The notes beneath the pieces are model-generated. The model saw only the letters and a list, made by a program, of their open reading frames with translations. It ran no database searches and was not told the origin of the DNA. Below are positions 54,987 to 64,000 of a stretch of DNA of 64,000 nt, piece after piece; the first letter of the stretch is position 1, and the number at the start of each line of letters is the position of its first letter. The stretch is taken from the IMG/VR virus record IMGVR_UViG_3300035156_000206, positions 62,001-126,000 of that record. One strand, given 5' to 3'. The position numbers and the translations under genes are program-made.

Positions 54987-55274
54987 ATGTTGCTTAACGA
55001 ACTCACAGATATGCAGGTAGCTGGTGCATTTATCGACAAGGACATGACACAACGTCGTGTTGACAATGCTAAGACGCCTCAGCAGTTGGCCAAAGAACGC
55101 GGTGCTCAAATCACCGCCGATAAGGTCAGCAAGGACCCTCTGAAGATTCGGATTGCCCAGTTGCGTCAGCAACTGGCAGCTCTGATGATTCAAGACCAGA
55201 AGAAAACACAGGATGCGGCAAAACTTGGTGGAGCTCAATTGGGAGCTGCGCCTGGTGGTGTAGCACAACCGTAA
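54987..55274 (+). CDS. Hypothetical late protein
   Basis: N terminus MLLNEL. Confidence 0.7.
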   Translation: MLLNELTDMQVAGAFIDKDMTQRRVDNAKTPQQLAKERGAQITADKVSKDPLKIRIAQLRQQLAALMIQDQKKTQDAAKLGGAQLGAAPGGVAQP

Positions 55275-55951
55275 TGAAGAAGCGGTTCAACCATACCCCG
55301 ATCACAGATACCGATCTCGATGCTTACATGAAGCATGGACTTCGGTTCTATGTGACACCCGAAGGCGATTATCCGTCCATTACAACCATCTTAGGCGGAA
55401 CAGCTGACAAGGGATGGTTGGATAGCTGGAGAACGTCACTTGGTGCATCAAAGGCTGATGCTGAGACACAACGCTGTGCTGATCGTGGCACAGCGGTCCA
55501 CCTATTGGCCGAAAAGTATCTCCAGAACGACGAGAACTATGACGCTAAGCAGCGGTACGAGAACGTCAAGCTGTTCAACCAGATCAAGATTCACGTCAAC
55601 AAGATCAACAACATTCTGGGCCAAGAGATTGCTTTGTATAGCACTCTACTAAGGCTTGCTGGGCGTTGCGATGTGATTGCTGAATACGATGGAGTGCTGT
55701 CGATCATCGACTTCAAGACATCGAATGGCAACAAAGACACGCACATGATCGAAGACTACTTCCTGCAATGTACGGCATATTCGCTGATGTTCGAAGAGAT
55801 GTTTGGTATTACGATTGACCAGATTGTGGTCATCATCTCTGTCGAAAAAGGACTCAGTGGTCAGGTTTTCAAACGTGACCGTGCTCCTTACATCACACCA
55901 CTAATTAAAAGGGCTAAGAAATTCCATGAATCAAGAAAAACCAAAGGCTGA
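55274..55951 (+). CDS. PD-(D/E)xK exonuclease (Cas4/lambda-exo-like)
   Basis: YPSITT.L, RGT.VH, AGRCD, IIDFKTS, Q.TAY. Confidence 0.9.
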   Translation: MKKRFNHTPITDTDLDAYMKHGLRFYVTPEGDYPSITTILGGTADKGWLDSWRTSLGASKADAETQRCADRGTAVHLLAEKYLQNDENYDAKQRYENVKLFNQIKIHVNKINNILGQEIALYSTLLRLAGRCDVIAEYDGVLSIIDFKTSNGNKDTHMIEDYFLQCTAYSLMFEEMFGITIDQIVVIISVEKGLSGQVFKRDRAPYITPLIKRAKKFHESRKTKG

Positions 55952-56654
55952 GCGTTACTACCCAGCAGAAGAAGCAGAGAAGGAAGACCCAAAGGATAGC
56001 CATGTTGGTGTTAATCTAGACATCACTCTGACTGGCTTCAATGGTGACCAACCGATCCGTGCAAAGATTGACACTGGTGCTCAGGCATCCAGTCTCCACG
56101 GAGAGAACATCAAAGTGGTATCAAGCGATGTAGAAGGATCCAGCTACGTATCGTTCTCGTACGGCGAGTTCCAGTACAAGATGCGCGTGGATAGCTTCCA
56201 AGCGATCACCAGTGCTGATGGCGGAACCGTCAACCGGCCTGTTGTGTGTATTTCAGCACGCATCCACGGTAAGTACATCGAAGGTGCTAGATTCAACCTG
56301 AACGATCGTGGAAACATGGACTACCCCGTTCTGATCGGTCTAGACTTGATTAAGACGGCTGGACTGACTATCGATCCAAGTATGTCAGAGATGGAAGTAT
56401 CCTTTGGGCCAAACGGCTTTGAAAAGGTAGAAGGATCTGATGAATCTGACGCCGTCCCAGATGCTGGGAGTGATTCCGTTGACATTTCATCTGATGTAAA
56501 GGATAATGATGTTTACAGTGATATTTCGCTCGCAAAGATCATGACTGAATGGTTGGCGGCAAATAAACACAAGACAGTGCAAGAAGTGTTTGCACATTTG
56601 TTTTTAATCGACGGCCCTAAACCAGCCACAGACTTTAATGACCCAACAAAGTAA
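55926..56654 (+). CDS. Retropepsin-like protease (RimK-associated putative protease family)
   Basis: AKIDTGA..SSLH, RP.V, L.DR..M.YPVLIG. Confidence 0.85.
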   Translation: MNQEKPKAERYYPAEEAEKEDPKDSHVGVNLDITLTGFNGDQPIRAKIDTGAQASSLHGENIKVVSSDVEGSSYVSFSYGEFQYKMRVDSFQAITSADGGTVNRPVVCISARIHGKYIEGARFNLNDRGNMDYPVLIGLDLIKTAGLTIDPSMSEMEVSFGPNGFEKVEGSDESDAVPDAGSDSVDISSDVKDNDVYSDISLAKIMTEWLAANKHKTVQEVFAHLFLIDGPKPATDFNDPTK

Positions 56655-57264
56655 ATCGCCCTTCTATGTGATCCCCGAATTCATTTCGCCCTTGATGTGC
56701 GAAGAAATTGTGGATCAGCTAGATTTCATTGTGCCAGACGTTAGCCCGTCTGGCGCACTTTTGCCGTCTGTCAAGACAGAGGCTGATTATGAAGCTTACC
56801 TGTTTGGTCAGTTTCTGAAGTATAAGGATTCGATTGCTGCCTACTTCGACAGCGATCACAGAGCAACATCAGAATTCACCTTCACGTGGTACCCAACTGG
56901 TGCCCATGAGCCAATGCACGCCGAAAACAGCATCTACCAAAATGGAAAATGGTTTCGTGTGAAAGATCGTGACCTCACGTGTGTATTGTTCCTCTCGGAC
57001 TACCAGGACAAACCACCATTTGATGATGAGTACGAGGTCTATGGTGGGAAGCTTGAATTCCCACAGCATGGCTTCGGTTTCAATCCACAGCGGGGTACTC
57101 TCGTTGTGTTTCCAAGCGTCCCACAGTTTGTCAATGGGATCGCACCCATCTTAGCAGGTAGCTTATATCTGGCTAAGTTTCACTTCGCTACAAAGACTCC
57201 GCTCATGTACGATCCTCGGAAGTTTCCTGGAAACTACACGACTTGGCTGAGAGAATTCGAGTAG
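56638..57264 (+). CDS. 2OG-Fe(II) oxygenase
   Basis: HAEN, RDLT..LFL.D, GG.L.F, G.LV.FPS; distal His apparently absent (FVNG). Confidence 0.75.
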   Translation: MTQQSKSPFYVIPEFISPLMCEEIVDQLDFIVPDVSPSGALLPSVKTEADYEAYLFGQFLKYKDSIAAYFDSDHRATSEFTFTWYPTGAHEPMHAENSIYQNGKWFRVKDRDLTCVLFLSDYQDKPPFDDEYEVYGGKLEFPQHGFGFNPQRGTLVVFPSVPQFVNGIAPILAGSLYLAKFHFATKTPLMYDPRKFPGNYTTWLREFE

Positions 57265-57284
57265 CATAACAATTAGGAGGTAGT

Positions 57285-57959
57285 ATGTCAACTCTTATTA
57301 CTAAGAGGTCGCAATTCCTTTGCGCCAAATTTTTGATAGGTGTTACGTTAGTTACATCATTAACCACATTTCCAGGTATGGTCCACTCGGAAACAACCCA
57401 AATTAACGACCTGTTTGAAACATTCGTAGCAAAGTTCCGGCTTACGAATGTGCAAGTGACCAATCTCAAGTTGGTTAAGGAACGAGCCAAAAACCCAGAG
57501 GCGCTTCAAGGTATCATGTTGCAGGAGAGCGGTGCTGGACTCAACACTCGATCGTCTGGTGGTTGTCACGGACCATTCCAGATCAAGACGAGTACCGCGG
57601 TGGGTTTCCTGAAAGGGAACGACGAAGTACGCACTTTGTACTTTGGGAATAGTAATCCTACGCCTAAGCTAGTTGCATCGAAACTGAAAAATGATGTACT
57701 ATTCAGTATCGACGTTGCTGACGGGTTATACGCAGGATCACTAGAAAGAAGCAAGGACCATAATCGTGCACTCATGGCTTACAACCAAGGAGAACGCAGA
57801 ATGATGATCGAGCGGAATCCTACAAGATTCAAGTATGTACGCGAAGTATCAGCGAAGATTCAGAACATTATTAAGCCTTTCAATGCTGCACTGGCTCAAC
57901 CTGCTCCTCCCGCTGATATGGTGACAACCTTAGAAACCATCAAGGAGGTGCTCTTCTAA
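57285..57959 (+). CDS. SLT-family lytic transglycosylase with N-terminal TM or signal
   Basis: QES, GPFQI, AYNQG. Confidence 0.8.
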   Translation: MSTLITKRSQFLCAKFLIGVTLVTSLTTFPGMVHSETTQINDLFETFVAKFRLTNVQVTNLKLVKERAKNPEALQGIMLQESGAGLNTRSSGGCHGPFQIKTSTAVGFLKGNDEVRTLYFGNSNPTPKLVASKLKNDVLFSIDVADGLYAGSLERSKDHNRALMAYNQGERRMMIERNPTRFKYVREVSAKIQNIIKPFNAALAQPAPPADMVTTLETIKEVLF

Positions 57960-57967
57960 GGAACAGT

Positions 57968-59155
57968 ATGTCACGTCTCACCCAAGTCAAACATGGCTTA
58001 AAGCAAATCTCCCAAGGCACCCAGCGTGTCTTGGGTCTCACGAAGATCATGTCTCTTCTGAGCCCTTATTTCAAATCCCTATCGAAAAATACCTCTGTTG
58101 GTTACGCCCAGATTGCTGAAGGCGTCAAGCACATCTTTGGTCAAACTAAGGACCAGCTCCGTGACAAGTGGCTCCACCGTCTGATGGTCGACATGGATGA
58201 AAAGAAGCGTAAAGATTGGTTCTCCGTCTATCAAAACTGGTATCGTTATTACCACGATGAAGCAGCCGGTCGTCTCCTCCATGAGCGATCCAGTCGTTGT
58301 CCGTTTACAGCCAAAGAGTTTGTTGCTTTGGCGCATGGCATCATGCAAGGTCTTGGCACCTCCAAGCTAATTGGAGTACAACCTTTCATTGCATCCCATG
58401 GGCTTGTGTATCGGATGGGATTTGTTATGCCTGAGGTGGAACCGGTTGAACAGGTAGAAAATCCATCAGCTCTTGATCATGTTCCAGCGAATCCTCATTC
58501 ATTTGAGTTCCAGGGCAGGTTCGAAATCACCTCCAATACAATCGAGACTCGCTATAGGAAACTGGCGGCCCGGGTACACTACGATGCTTCACAAGTAACA
58601 GAATCAGATCAGAAGCAGTTGATCCTAGCATTTTTGGCATCGGACATCGCTATGGATATCGATCAAGAACACCTGTCCAACATCGAAGATTTGGCTATTC
58701 CAACCGAAGATTTGCCAGACCACTACCTAGCAGTAGGCATTTGCAAGGCTTCTAACCAAATCGCACAACGTGCCCGTCGTGGTGCTGGCAACTGGGCGAT
58801 CGTTAGTGCTAAAGCAAAAGCCGTGTTGCAGGAAAGCCGAGCAGTAAAATGGTTTGATCAGCCTACCGAAAGTGGCATTTTGACTCACATTGGTACTCTC
58901 AATGATACTATTGCCTTGTACGAGCGTAATGATCTGAACCCTGGCGAGCCGTATGGCAGTGATGTGTTGGTTGGGTACAAAGGATCGTCTGATGTCGATG
59001 CTGGTTACATATTTGCTCCACAGATTCCCGCTGCGATGTCTGGGGTGCTGATTGACCCCAACACATTCCAGCCAGTGTGGTCAATGATGACACGCTATGG
59101 TACCTACAAGTCTAAAGATGCCGAGAACTACTTCACAAAGTTCAATCTGATCTAA
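57968..59155 (+). CDS. Truncated T4 gp23-like capsid protein paralogue with novel N terminus
   Basis: IGVQP..G.V..M, RKL.A, I..DIDQE, N.IAQ..RRGAGNW..VS, VGYKG...DAG...P..P, DP.TFQP...TRYG. Confidence 0.8.
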   Translation: MSRLTQVKHGLKQISQGTQRVLGLTKIMSLLSPYFKSLSKNTSVGYAQIAEGVKHIFGQTKDQLRDKWLHRLMVDMDEKKRKDWFSVYQNWYRYYHDEAAGRLLHERSSRCPFTAKEFVALAHGIMQGLGTSKLIGVQPFIASHGLVYRMGFVMPEVEPVEQVENPSALDHVPANPHSFEFQGRFEITSNTIETRYRKLAARVHYDASQVTESDQKQLILAFLASDIAMDIDQEHLSNIEDLAIPTEDLPDHYLAVGICKASNQIAQRARRGAGNWAIVSAKAKAVLQESRAVKWFDQPTESGILTHIGTLNDTIALYERNDLNPGEPYGSDVLVGYKGSSDVDAGYIFAPQIPAAMSGVLIDPNTFQPVWSMMTRYGTYKSKDAENYFTKFNLI

Positions 59156-59158
59156 TTG

Positions 59159-59221
59159 TTGCATTTGTTCGTGTTCTGTTCTATACTGTGTGTTCTCAAT
59201 AAACAACACCTGTATAGGACA
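59159..59221 (+). promoter_or_regulatory. Sigma70-type promoter with RBS-covering hairpin
   Basis: TTGCAT-17-TATACT; 59177-86 pairs with 59212-21, which contains AGGA. Confidence 0.75.
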
Positions 59222-59224
59222 AAC

Positions 59225-59578
59225 ATGAGCATCGAAGAAAACCCAGCAATCACCAGTATCTCCAACCCAGCGGATCGTAAGAAACTCCGCGGTATGCTGG
59301 AAGAGATCATCGTCGTGTTCTACCGCCAAGAGGCAGACAAGACTGCCATCAAGGTAATCAAGGATGAAATCAAGAAGCAGTTCAACCTCTCCCCTAAGCA
59401 TGCCGGCGCCCTAGCCCGTACCATGTACAAGGACAACTTCGAAGAAGTTCAAGCGTCACAGAGCGACTTCGAAACACTGTACGAGAACATCGTTCGTGGT
59501 TTCACCCCAGCGAAAGCTGAATTTAAGAGCACCGATCAAGCAGACGATTCGGACGACGGCGACGATTCTGACGAATAA
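59225..59578 (+). CDS. T4 DsbA-like dsDNA-binding protein
   Basis: IK.IK..IK..F.LSPK....LAR..YK.NF.E pattern. Confidence 0.7.
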   Translation: MSIEENPAITSISNPADRKKLRGMLEEIIVVFYRQEADKTAIKVIKDEIKKQFNLSPKHAGALARTMYKDNFEEVQASQSDFETLYENIVRGFTPAKAEFKSTDQADDSDDGDDSDE

Positions 59579-59622
59579 ATACAAGAGGACGCTCCGGCGT
59601 CCTTTTTAACTGAGATAACCAA

Positions 59623-59838
59623 ATGTTTACACCAAGATTCGATGAAAAAGCATTTTTAGAAAACTTGCTGCTAGATGAAAGCCGTGATGCATATCAAAGC
59701 ATGAGTCCCGCTCAGCGAGCTGTCGTCCATAAGGCTTATCTGTGTGGTCACGCTAAGTGTCTCCACTTTGTGAAGACGCAAAGTGGTGGCAAGATAGGTA
59801 GTATGACCTGGGTTGAAGCAGCACCCAAACCTGTTTAA
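59623..59838 (+). CDS. Hypothetical protein
   Basis: SD GAG; between terminator and polymerase. Confidence 0.6.
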   Translation: MFTPRFDEKAFLENLLLDESRDAYQSMSPAQRAVVHKAYLCGHAKCLHFVKTQSGGKIGSMTWVEAAPKPV

Positions 59839-59859
59839 CTGCAACACAAAGGCTAATTG

Positions 59860-62553
59860 ATGAGTTATATTTCCACATGGCGCAATCGGGATACGATTGT
59901 CGTTTGGGAACGTACCGAAGAAGGCCGCATCACAAAGAACTACCCTTCCCCGTACTACTTCTACATTGAGAACCCTGACGGCAAGTTTAAGTCGATCTTC
60001 GGCAAGAACCTTAGCCGCCTAAAGTTCAAGACGCAGGATGAATTCAAGGAAGCTGTTCAAGAATGCTTGGATGATGACATCCCTGTATACGAGTCTGACA
60101 TTGGTCCAGACTTGAAAGTGCTTGCGACGCACTACTTCGAAGTTGAGCCACCGAAGCTGAATACCACACTGTTAGACATTGAGGTCGATTACGACCCATT
60201 GATTGGTTTCAGCTCGATCACCAACCCTTACGCTCCTATCAACGCGATTGCGTTACACCACTACTGGTCTAAAGAATCAGTCGTGTATGCTGTACCCCCA
60301 CCACACTGGGATCCAAGTACCTTCGATGAGTCGCTGCGACTCCTGTCGAAGATCGTTATATGCAAGAACGAACGTGAGCTGTTGCAGCACATGCTGCGTG
60401 AATTCAAAGACTCTGACTGCCTATCTGGCTGGAACAGCGACTTCTTTGACTTGCCGTACATTTGTAAGCGCATTGAGCTCGTGCTCGGTAAGACAGAGCT
60501 TGACAAGATGTCCTTTCCAAACTGTGGCAAGAACACAGTTCGTTGGCGCGAAGTTGAGAAGTTTGGTAAGATCTCACACACGGTAGAACTGCGTGGCCGG
60601 ATCAAGCTCGACTATATGGAACTGTTCAAGAAGTACGAGATGGACAAGCGAGCCAATTACAAGTTGGAAACCATTGCTGAAGAGATCTTACCAGAGCTGA
60701 AGAAGCTGACGTACGATGGATCACTGGCTCAACTGTACCGCAACGACTTCAACCATTTCATTCGATACAACATTCGAGATACGGAGATTCTGAAGGGCTT
60801 TGAAGACAAGCTCGGTTACATCGACTTGGCTAACGTAATGTATCACTCCGCATGTGGTCAAGCCTCACAAGTGTTCGGTACTGTGCGTCTAGCTGACTTA
60901 TCGATTATCAACTACTGTCACAACACCATGAACGTAAAAGTTCCTGACTGGGTGGCAAAGGAAGACGGTTCAATTGAAGGAGCTATTGTGCTGTTGCCTC
61001 AAGTAGGCATGCACGATTGGACGGGATCTGTCGACATTGGATCCCTGTATCCATCAGCTATCCGAAGCATTAACATCTCACCTGAGACATTGGTCGCACA
61101 GTTTTCTGCTAAGGCAGATGCGTGGTTAGCCATTGCCAAAGGTCTGGATACTGAACTTCTGTTGGAGTACAATGATGGTAGCACTGAGCTGCACACTGCA
61201 GATGAATGGCGCACAATCATTCATGATAACAAGTGGGCTGTGTCAGGGTACGGAACGATCTTTAGGCAGGACAAACAAGGCGTAGTTCCAGCACTGCTAA
61301 CCGATTGGTTCTCAACTCGTAAGAAGTACCAGAAGTTGAAAGTCGAATGGGGCGACAAATATCGTGAGTTGGAGAAGCTGGGCTTGAAGGATACGCCCGA
61401 GTACGAAGAGGCTAAGATGAAGACAGCCTACTTCGATCGCTTGCAGTATGTCTACAAGATCAAACTGAACTCGACTTATGGTGCGTTGACCAACTATCGA
61501 TTCCGGTTCTTTGACCTGCGTACGGGTGAATCAACGACTGCAACTGGTCGACAGATTCTGTTCCACCAGGTCCGCAAGATTGCTGAGACATTGGATGGTA
61601 ATTATGATGTGGATTTCCCACAGTACAATACTACCAAAGACTGCGACGAGAAAGGCATGCCACACCACTTAGCTCTTCACGGTCCTAAGTTCAATGGCGA
61701 GTTCCAAACAGAATCAGTCATCTATGGCGACACTGACTCTTGTTACTTCCTTACACACGCGGATAACGAGGCAGATGCGATTAAAATGGCGGACTACGTT
61801 GCAGATGTTGTCAACAAGTCTTTCCAGGAATTCATGCAGAGGTCGTTCTTGTGTCACCCAGGCTTTGATAACCTGATTAAGGCAGGCCGTGAAGTGGTGT
61901 CTGATCGTGGGATCTTTGTCGATAAGAAGCGGTATGTACTTCACCTAGTGAACCTGGACGGCAAGCCTGTTGATAAACTGAAGGTGATGGGTCTTGAAAT
62001 GCGTAAGACCACTACTCCAAAGGTCATCCAGAACTTCTTGAAAGAGATCGTATCACGCATCCTTCGCGGCGAAGACTGGGACGAAATCAATGATCAGATC
62101 ATTGAATATCGTGACCATGTTGTCACCAAGATGGATTTGCTGGATATTGGACTTCCTAAGGGTTGCAACAAGATGGAGGAGTATGCTCTCAAGAAGGCAG
62201 CTGGCAGGGACTCAACAGGGAAGAAGTACACTATTCCTGGACACGTTGCTGCTGCACTGCACTACAACGAGGCGCTGAAGATATATGGCGACTTGGAGAG
62301 CCCAGAGATTGTTTCAGAGATGAAGGTGAAGGTGTTCTACTTGGACAAGCCCGTAAATGGTTTCAAGAGCATTGCACTGCCAACAGATCTGGATCGAGCT
62401 CCTGATTGGTTTACAGAGAACTTCAATATCAACCGTGGCGATCACGCACAACGATTGATTGACAATAATCTAGGCCACATCTTTAAAGCGATCGGCAAAG
62501 AAGTACCAACAAGACAAACACTGCTGTTTAACAGCCTCTACAGCTTCGAATAG
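59860..62553 (+). CDS. Family B DNA polymerase (gp43-like)
   Basis: LDIEV exo I, GWNS..FD exo II, YNIRD exo III, DIGSLYPS, KIKLNS.YG, YGDTDS, KKRY. Confidence 0.97.
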   Translation: MSYISTWRNRDTIVVWERTEEGRITKNYPSPYYFYIENPDGKFKSIFGKNLSRLKFKTQDEFKEAVQECLDDDIPVYESDIGPDLKVLATHYFEVEPPKLNTTLLDIEVDYDPLIGFSSITNPYAPINAIALHHYWSKESVVYAVPPPHWDPSTFDESLRLLSKIVICKNERELLQHMLREFKDSDCLSGWNSDFFDLPYICKRIELVLGKTELDKMSFPNCGKNTVRWREVEKFGKISHTVELRGRIKLDYMELFKKYEMDKRANYKLETIAEEILPELKKLTYDGSLAQLYRNDFNHFIRYNIRDTEILKGFEDKLGYIDLANVMYHSACGQASQVFGTVRLADLSIINYCHNTMNVKVPDWVAKEDGSIEGAIVLLPQVGMHDWTGSVDIGSLYPSAIRSINISPETLVAQFSAKADAWLAIAKGLDTELLLEYNDGSTELHTADEWRTIIHDNKWAVSGYGTIFRQDKQGVVPALLTDWFSTRKKYQKLKVEWGDKYRELEKLGLKDTPEYEEAKMKTAYFDRLQYVYKIKLNSTYGALTNYRFRFFDLRTGESTTATGRQILFHQVRKIAETLDGNYDVDFPQYNTTKDCDEKGMPHHLALHGPKFNGEFQTESVIYGDTDSCYFLTHADNEADAIKMADYVADVVNKSFQEFMQRSFLCHPGFDNLIKAGREVVSDRGIFVDKKRYVLHLVNLDGKPVDKLKVMGLEMRKTTTPKVIQNFLKEIVSRILRGEDWDEINDQIIEYRDHVVTKMDLLDIGLPKGCNKMEEYALKKAAGRDSTGKKYTIPGHVAAALHYNEALKIYGDLESPEIVSEMKVKVFYLDKPVNGFKSIALPTDLDRAPDWFTENFNINRGDHAQRLIDNNLGHIFKAIGKEVPTRQTLLFNSLYSFE

Positions 62554-62560
62554 GCAACAA

Positions 62561-63298
62561 ATGAAACAAACAATTAAACTAAGCCCTGACCTGGTTGCAT
62601 ATATCAAGAAGGTCCTAAAGACCGCACAAGTCCTAAAGTTTGAGGATATTGTGATTGGTCGTGATATGGTACGTGGGTGCAATCCGGTTCGTACTGCTGT
62701 GATTGTCGATCTGGATGTTCCAGAGCTGCCATTCGAAGGCATTGGCATTGGTGGTGTAGGACGACTGTTGACCCGTATGGGTCTGATGGAGAACTACACT
62801 GCCGAAGTCGAGCTGGTGAACAACTTCGTGATGAATTTGGAACTGAAGGTCAAGGGAATGTCAGTGAAATATCGCTGTGCGAACCCGAATGCAATCAAGT
62901 CTCCAAAGTCTCTCAAGGACGTTGATGGTTGGACAATGGAGCTCAGTCCAGAAGTGATTGCTCAGCTCACCAAGGGCGCGGCTGCAATGGGTTGTGAGAT
63001 CATCACATTCAAAGTGGTCGAAGATGAGTGCTCACTGACTATGGTCGACTCAAACCGCGACTCATACACCCAGGAATTTCAGGGATATATAGAATCACTG
63101 TTCGGTCACGAAGACACTAGTTCGTTCACGTTCCATTATGACTTGCCTACGCTGCTGAACGTGCTGAAGTTCTGTGACAAGCCAAAGAAGGTTGAGGGAC
63201 CAGAAGGCTCCCTCAAAGTAGTAATCGGTCAAGGTGGATCAATGGTTTGCACCTTGAATTCAATCAAAGTCAGTGTCGCTCCGAGGTCAGTATTATGA
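62561..63298 (+). CDS. Sliding clamp, gp45-like
   Basis: 245 aa, adjacent to polymerase; FEGIGI..V.RLL, Y.CA.P..I. Confidence 0.65.
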   Translation: MKQTIKLSPDLVAYIKKVLKTAQVLKFEDIVIGRDMVRGCNPVRTAVIVDLDVPELPFEGIGIGGVGRLLTRMGLMENYTAEVELVNNFVMNLELKVKGMSVKYRCANPNAIKSPKSLKDVDGWTMELSPEVIAQLTKGAAAMGCEIITFKVVEDECSLTMVDSNRDSYTQEFQGYIESLFGHEDTSSFTFHYDLPTLLNVLKFCDKPKKVEGPEGSLKVVIGQGGSMVCTLNSIKVSVAPRSVL

Positions 63299-63492
63299 AC
63301 ATCGCAATGGTATTTCTGGTTTTCTGGGTCAATGGTGCAACTATGCCTACGGCCAAATTCATTCGCAGCTTTCCTGATATGGACTCCTGCACTAAAGCAA
63401 AAGAGATTGGGAAGCGAGACCCTGACCTCAAAGATGGCTTAGCTTGCATACAAATCCTGGGTACCTTGCCTGATGCTGGCGAACCATTCTAA
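63295..63492 (+). CDS. Small hypothetical protein
   Basis: Hydrophobic N terminus; Cys pair. Confidence 0.55.
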   Translation: MNIAMVFLVFWVNGATMPTAKFIRSFPDMDSCTKAKEIGKRDPDLKDGLACIQILGTLPDAGEPF

Positions 63493-63512
63493 TTACACAG
63501 TAAGGACATACA

Positions 63513-63776
63513 ATGTTTAAATATATGAAATCCATCCCTGAGCGCTTCGTCCGTTGGTTCGAGCGCCGCAAATACAAACACTCAAGCGAGCCTTGGATCT
63601 CGATCATTGGCGACGTTGAAGATGCCAAGAAAGGCCTAAAGCTGGATATGGATTGGAATGATGCGTTCATCCAATACCTACGCCAGAATGGCATCATCGG
63701 CATCTCTGATGAAGAAGTGGTAGCTCGTTGGATCACCACCCTCCACTCACAACTGTTAGATGAGAGTGATGAATAA
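63513..63776 (+). CDS. Conserved phage hypothetical protein
   Basis: LDMDWND.FI..L..NG..G..DEEVV.RW. Confidence 0.75.
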   Translation: MFKYMKSIPERFVRWFERRKYKHSSEPWISIIGDVEDAKKGLKLDMDWNDAFIQYLRQNGIIGISDEEVVARWITTLHSQLLDESDE

Positions 63777-64000
63777 TGGCCAAGAGAGAACATCACTTAG
63801 TTCTTGATGCGTCACACTTGCTGTACCGTGCGTACTACGCCAACCCAAATGAACAGTCTGAAATCATTATGGGTCTGGCGATGCACTCAGCATTTCTGGT
63901 AATGAACAAGTACTACAAGAAGTTCAAGCCGGATCGCATTGTCATGTGCTTCGACCGTAACAACTGGCGCAAGGACTACACCTTGTCAGATGAGTGCTAC
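63776..64000 (+). CDS. T4 RNase H-like 5'-3' exonuclease, truncated by window edge
   Basis: LVLDASHLLYR.YY..FD.NNWRKD. Confidence 0.8.
   Translation, partial: MAKREHHLVLDASHLLYRAYYANPNEQSEIIMGLAMHSAFLVMNKYYKKFKPDRIVMCFDRNNWRKDYTLSDECY

Noticed and set aside
55274-55951. Cas4 or CRISPR adaptation gene
   Set aside because: No Fe-S Cys cluster, no cas1 and no array; ordinary phage PD-(D/E)xK exonuclease
23243-62553. Introns or inteins in thyA, nrdA, nrdB, helicase, topoisomerase and polymerase
   Set aside because: All are continuous and near expected length; thyA insertions are short loops without splicing or homing-endonuclease motifs
1-64000. Stop-codon reassignment
   Set aside because: Conserved enzymes are full length in code 11 and TAA, TAG and TGA all end genes at operon junctions

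Overview
64 kb of a large T4-superfamily-like (non-nucleus-type) myophage genome, densely coding, standard genetic code. Mostly + strand, with one inverted block (about 42.4-50.0 kb) carrying lysis, tail fibre, RNR and dCMP deaminase genes. All family calls come from motif recognition by eye; no database search was run. Core replication genes: family B DNA polymerase, gp45-like clamp, gp41-like helicase, gp61-like primase, two-subunit type II topoisomerase, NAD-dependent ligase, start of a T4 RNase H-like gene. Nucleotide metabolism: ThyA, DHFR, NrdA/B, dCMP deaminase, MazG-like. The accessory content is rich: NAMPT plus NAD kinase; tRNA repair and quality control (Rnl1 ligase, CCA enzyme, PTH2, YqeY, HAD); anti-CBASS Acb1 and Acb2; HD hydrolase, SLOG protein and a second 2H phosphoesterase; and envelope-targeted cargo (PEP-CTERM protein, lipoproteins, secreted nuclease) hinting at a Burkholderiales/Oxalobacteraceae host (inference). 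Best candidates for new biology: (1) a catalytically dead prohead-protease paralogue directly upstream of acb2, a possible decoy-type anti-CBASS cassette, echoed by a truncated capsid-protein paralogue among replication genes; (2) a D-armless tRNA-Arg(UCU)-like RNA with a D-loop-like motif moved into the variable region, behind a late promoter; (3) a repeated design in which promoters sit inside inverted repeats whose 3' arms cover the downstream RBS; (4) NAD kinase coupled to an amidoligase-fold gene near NAMPT.
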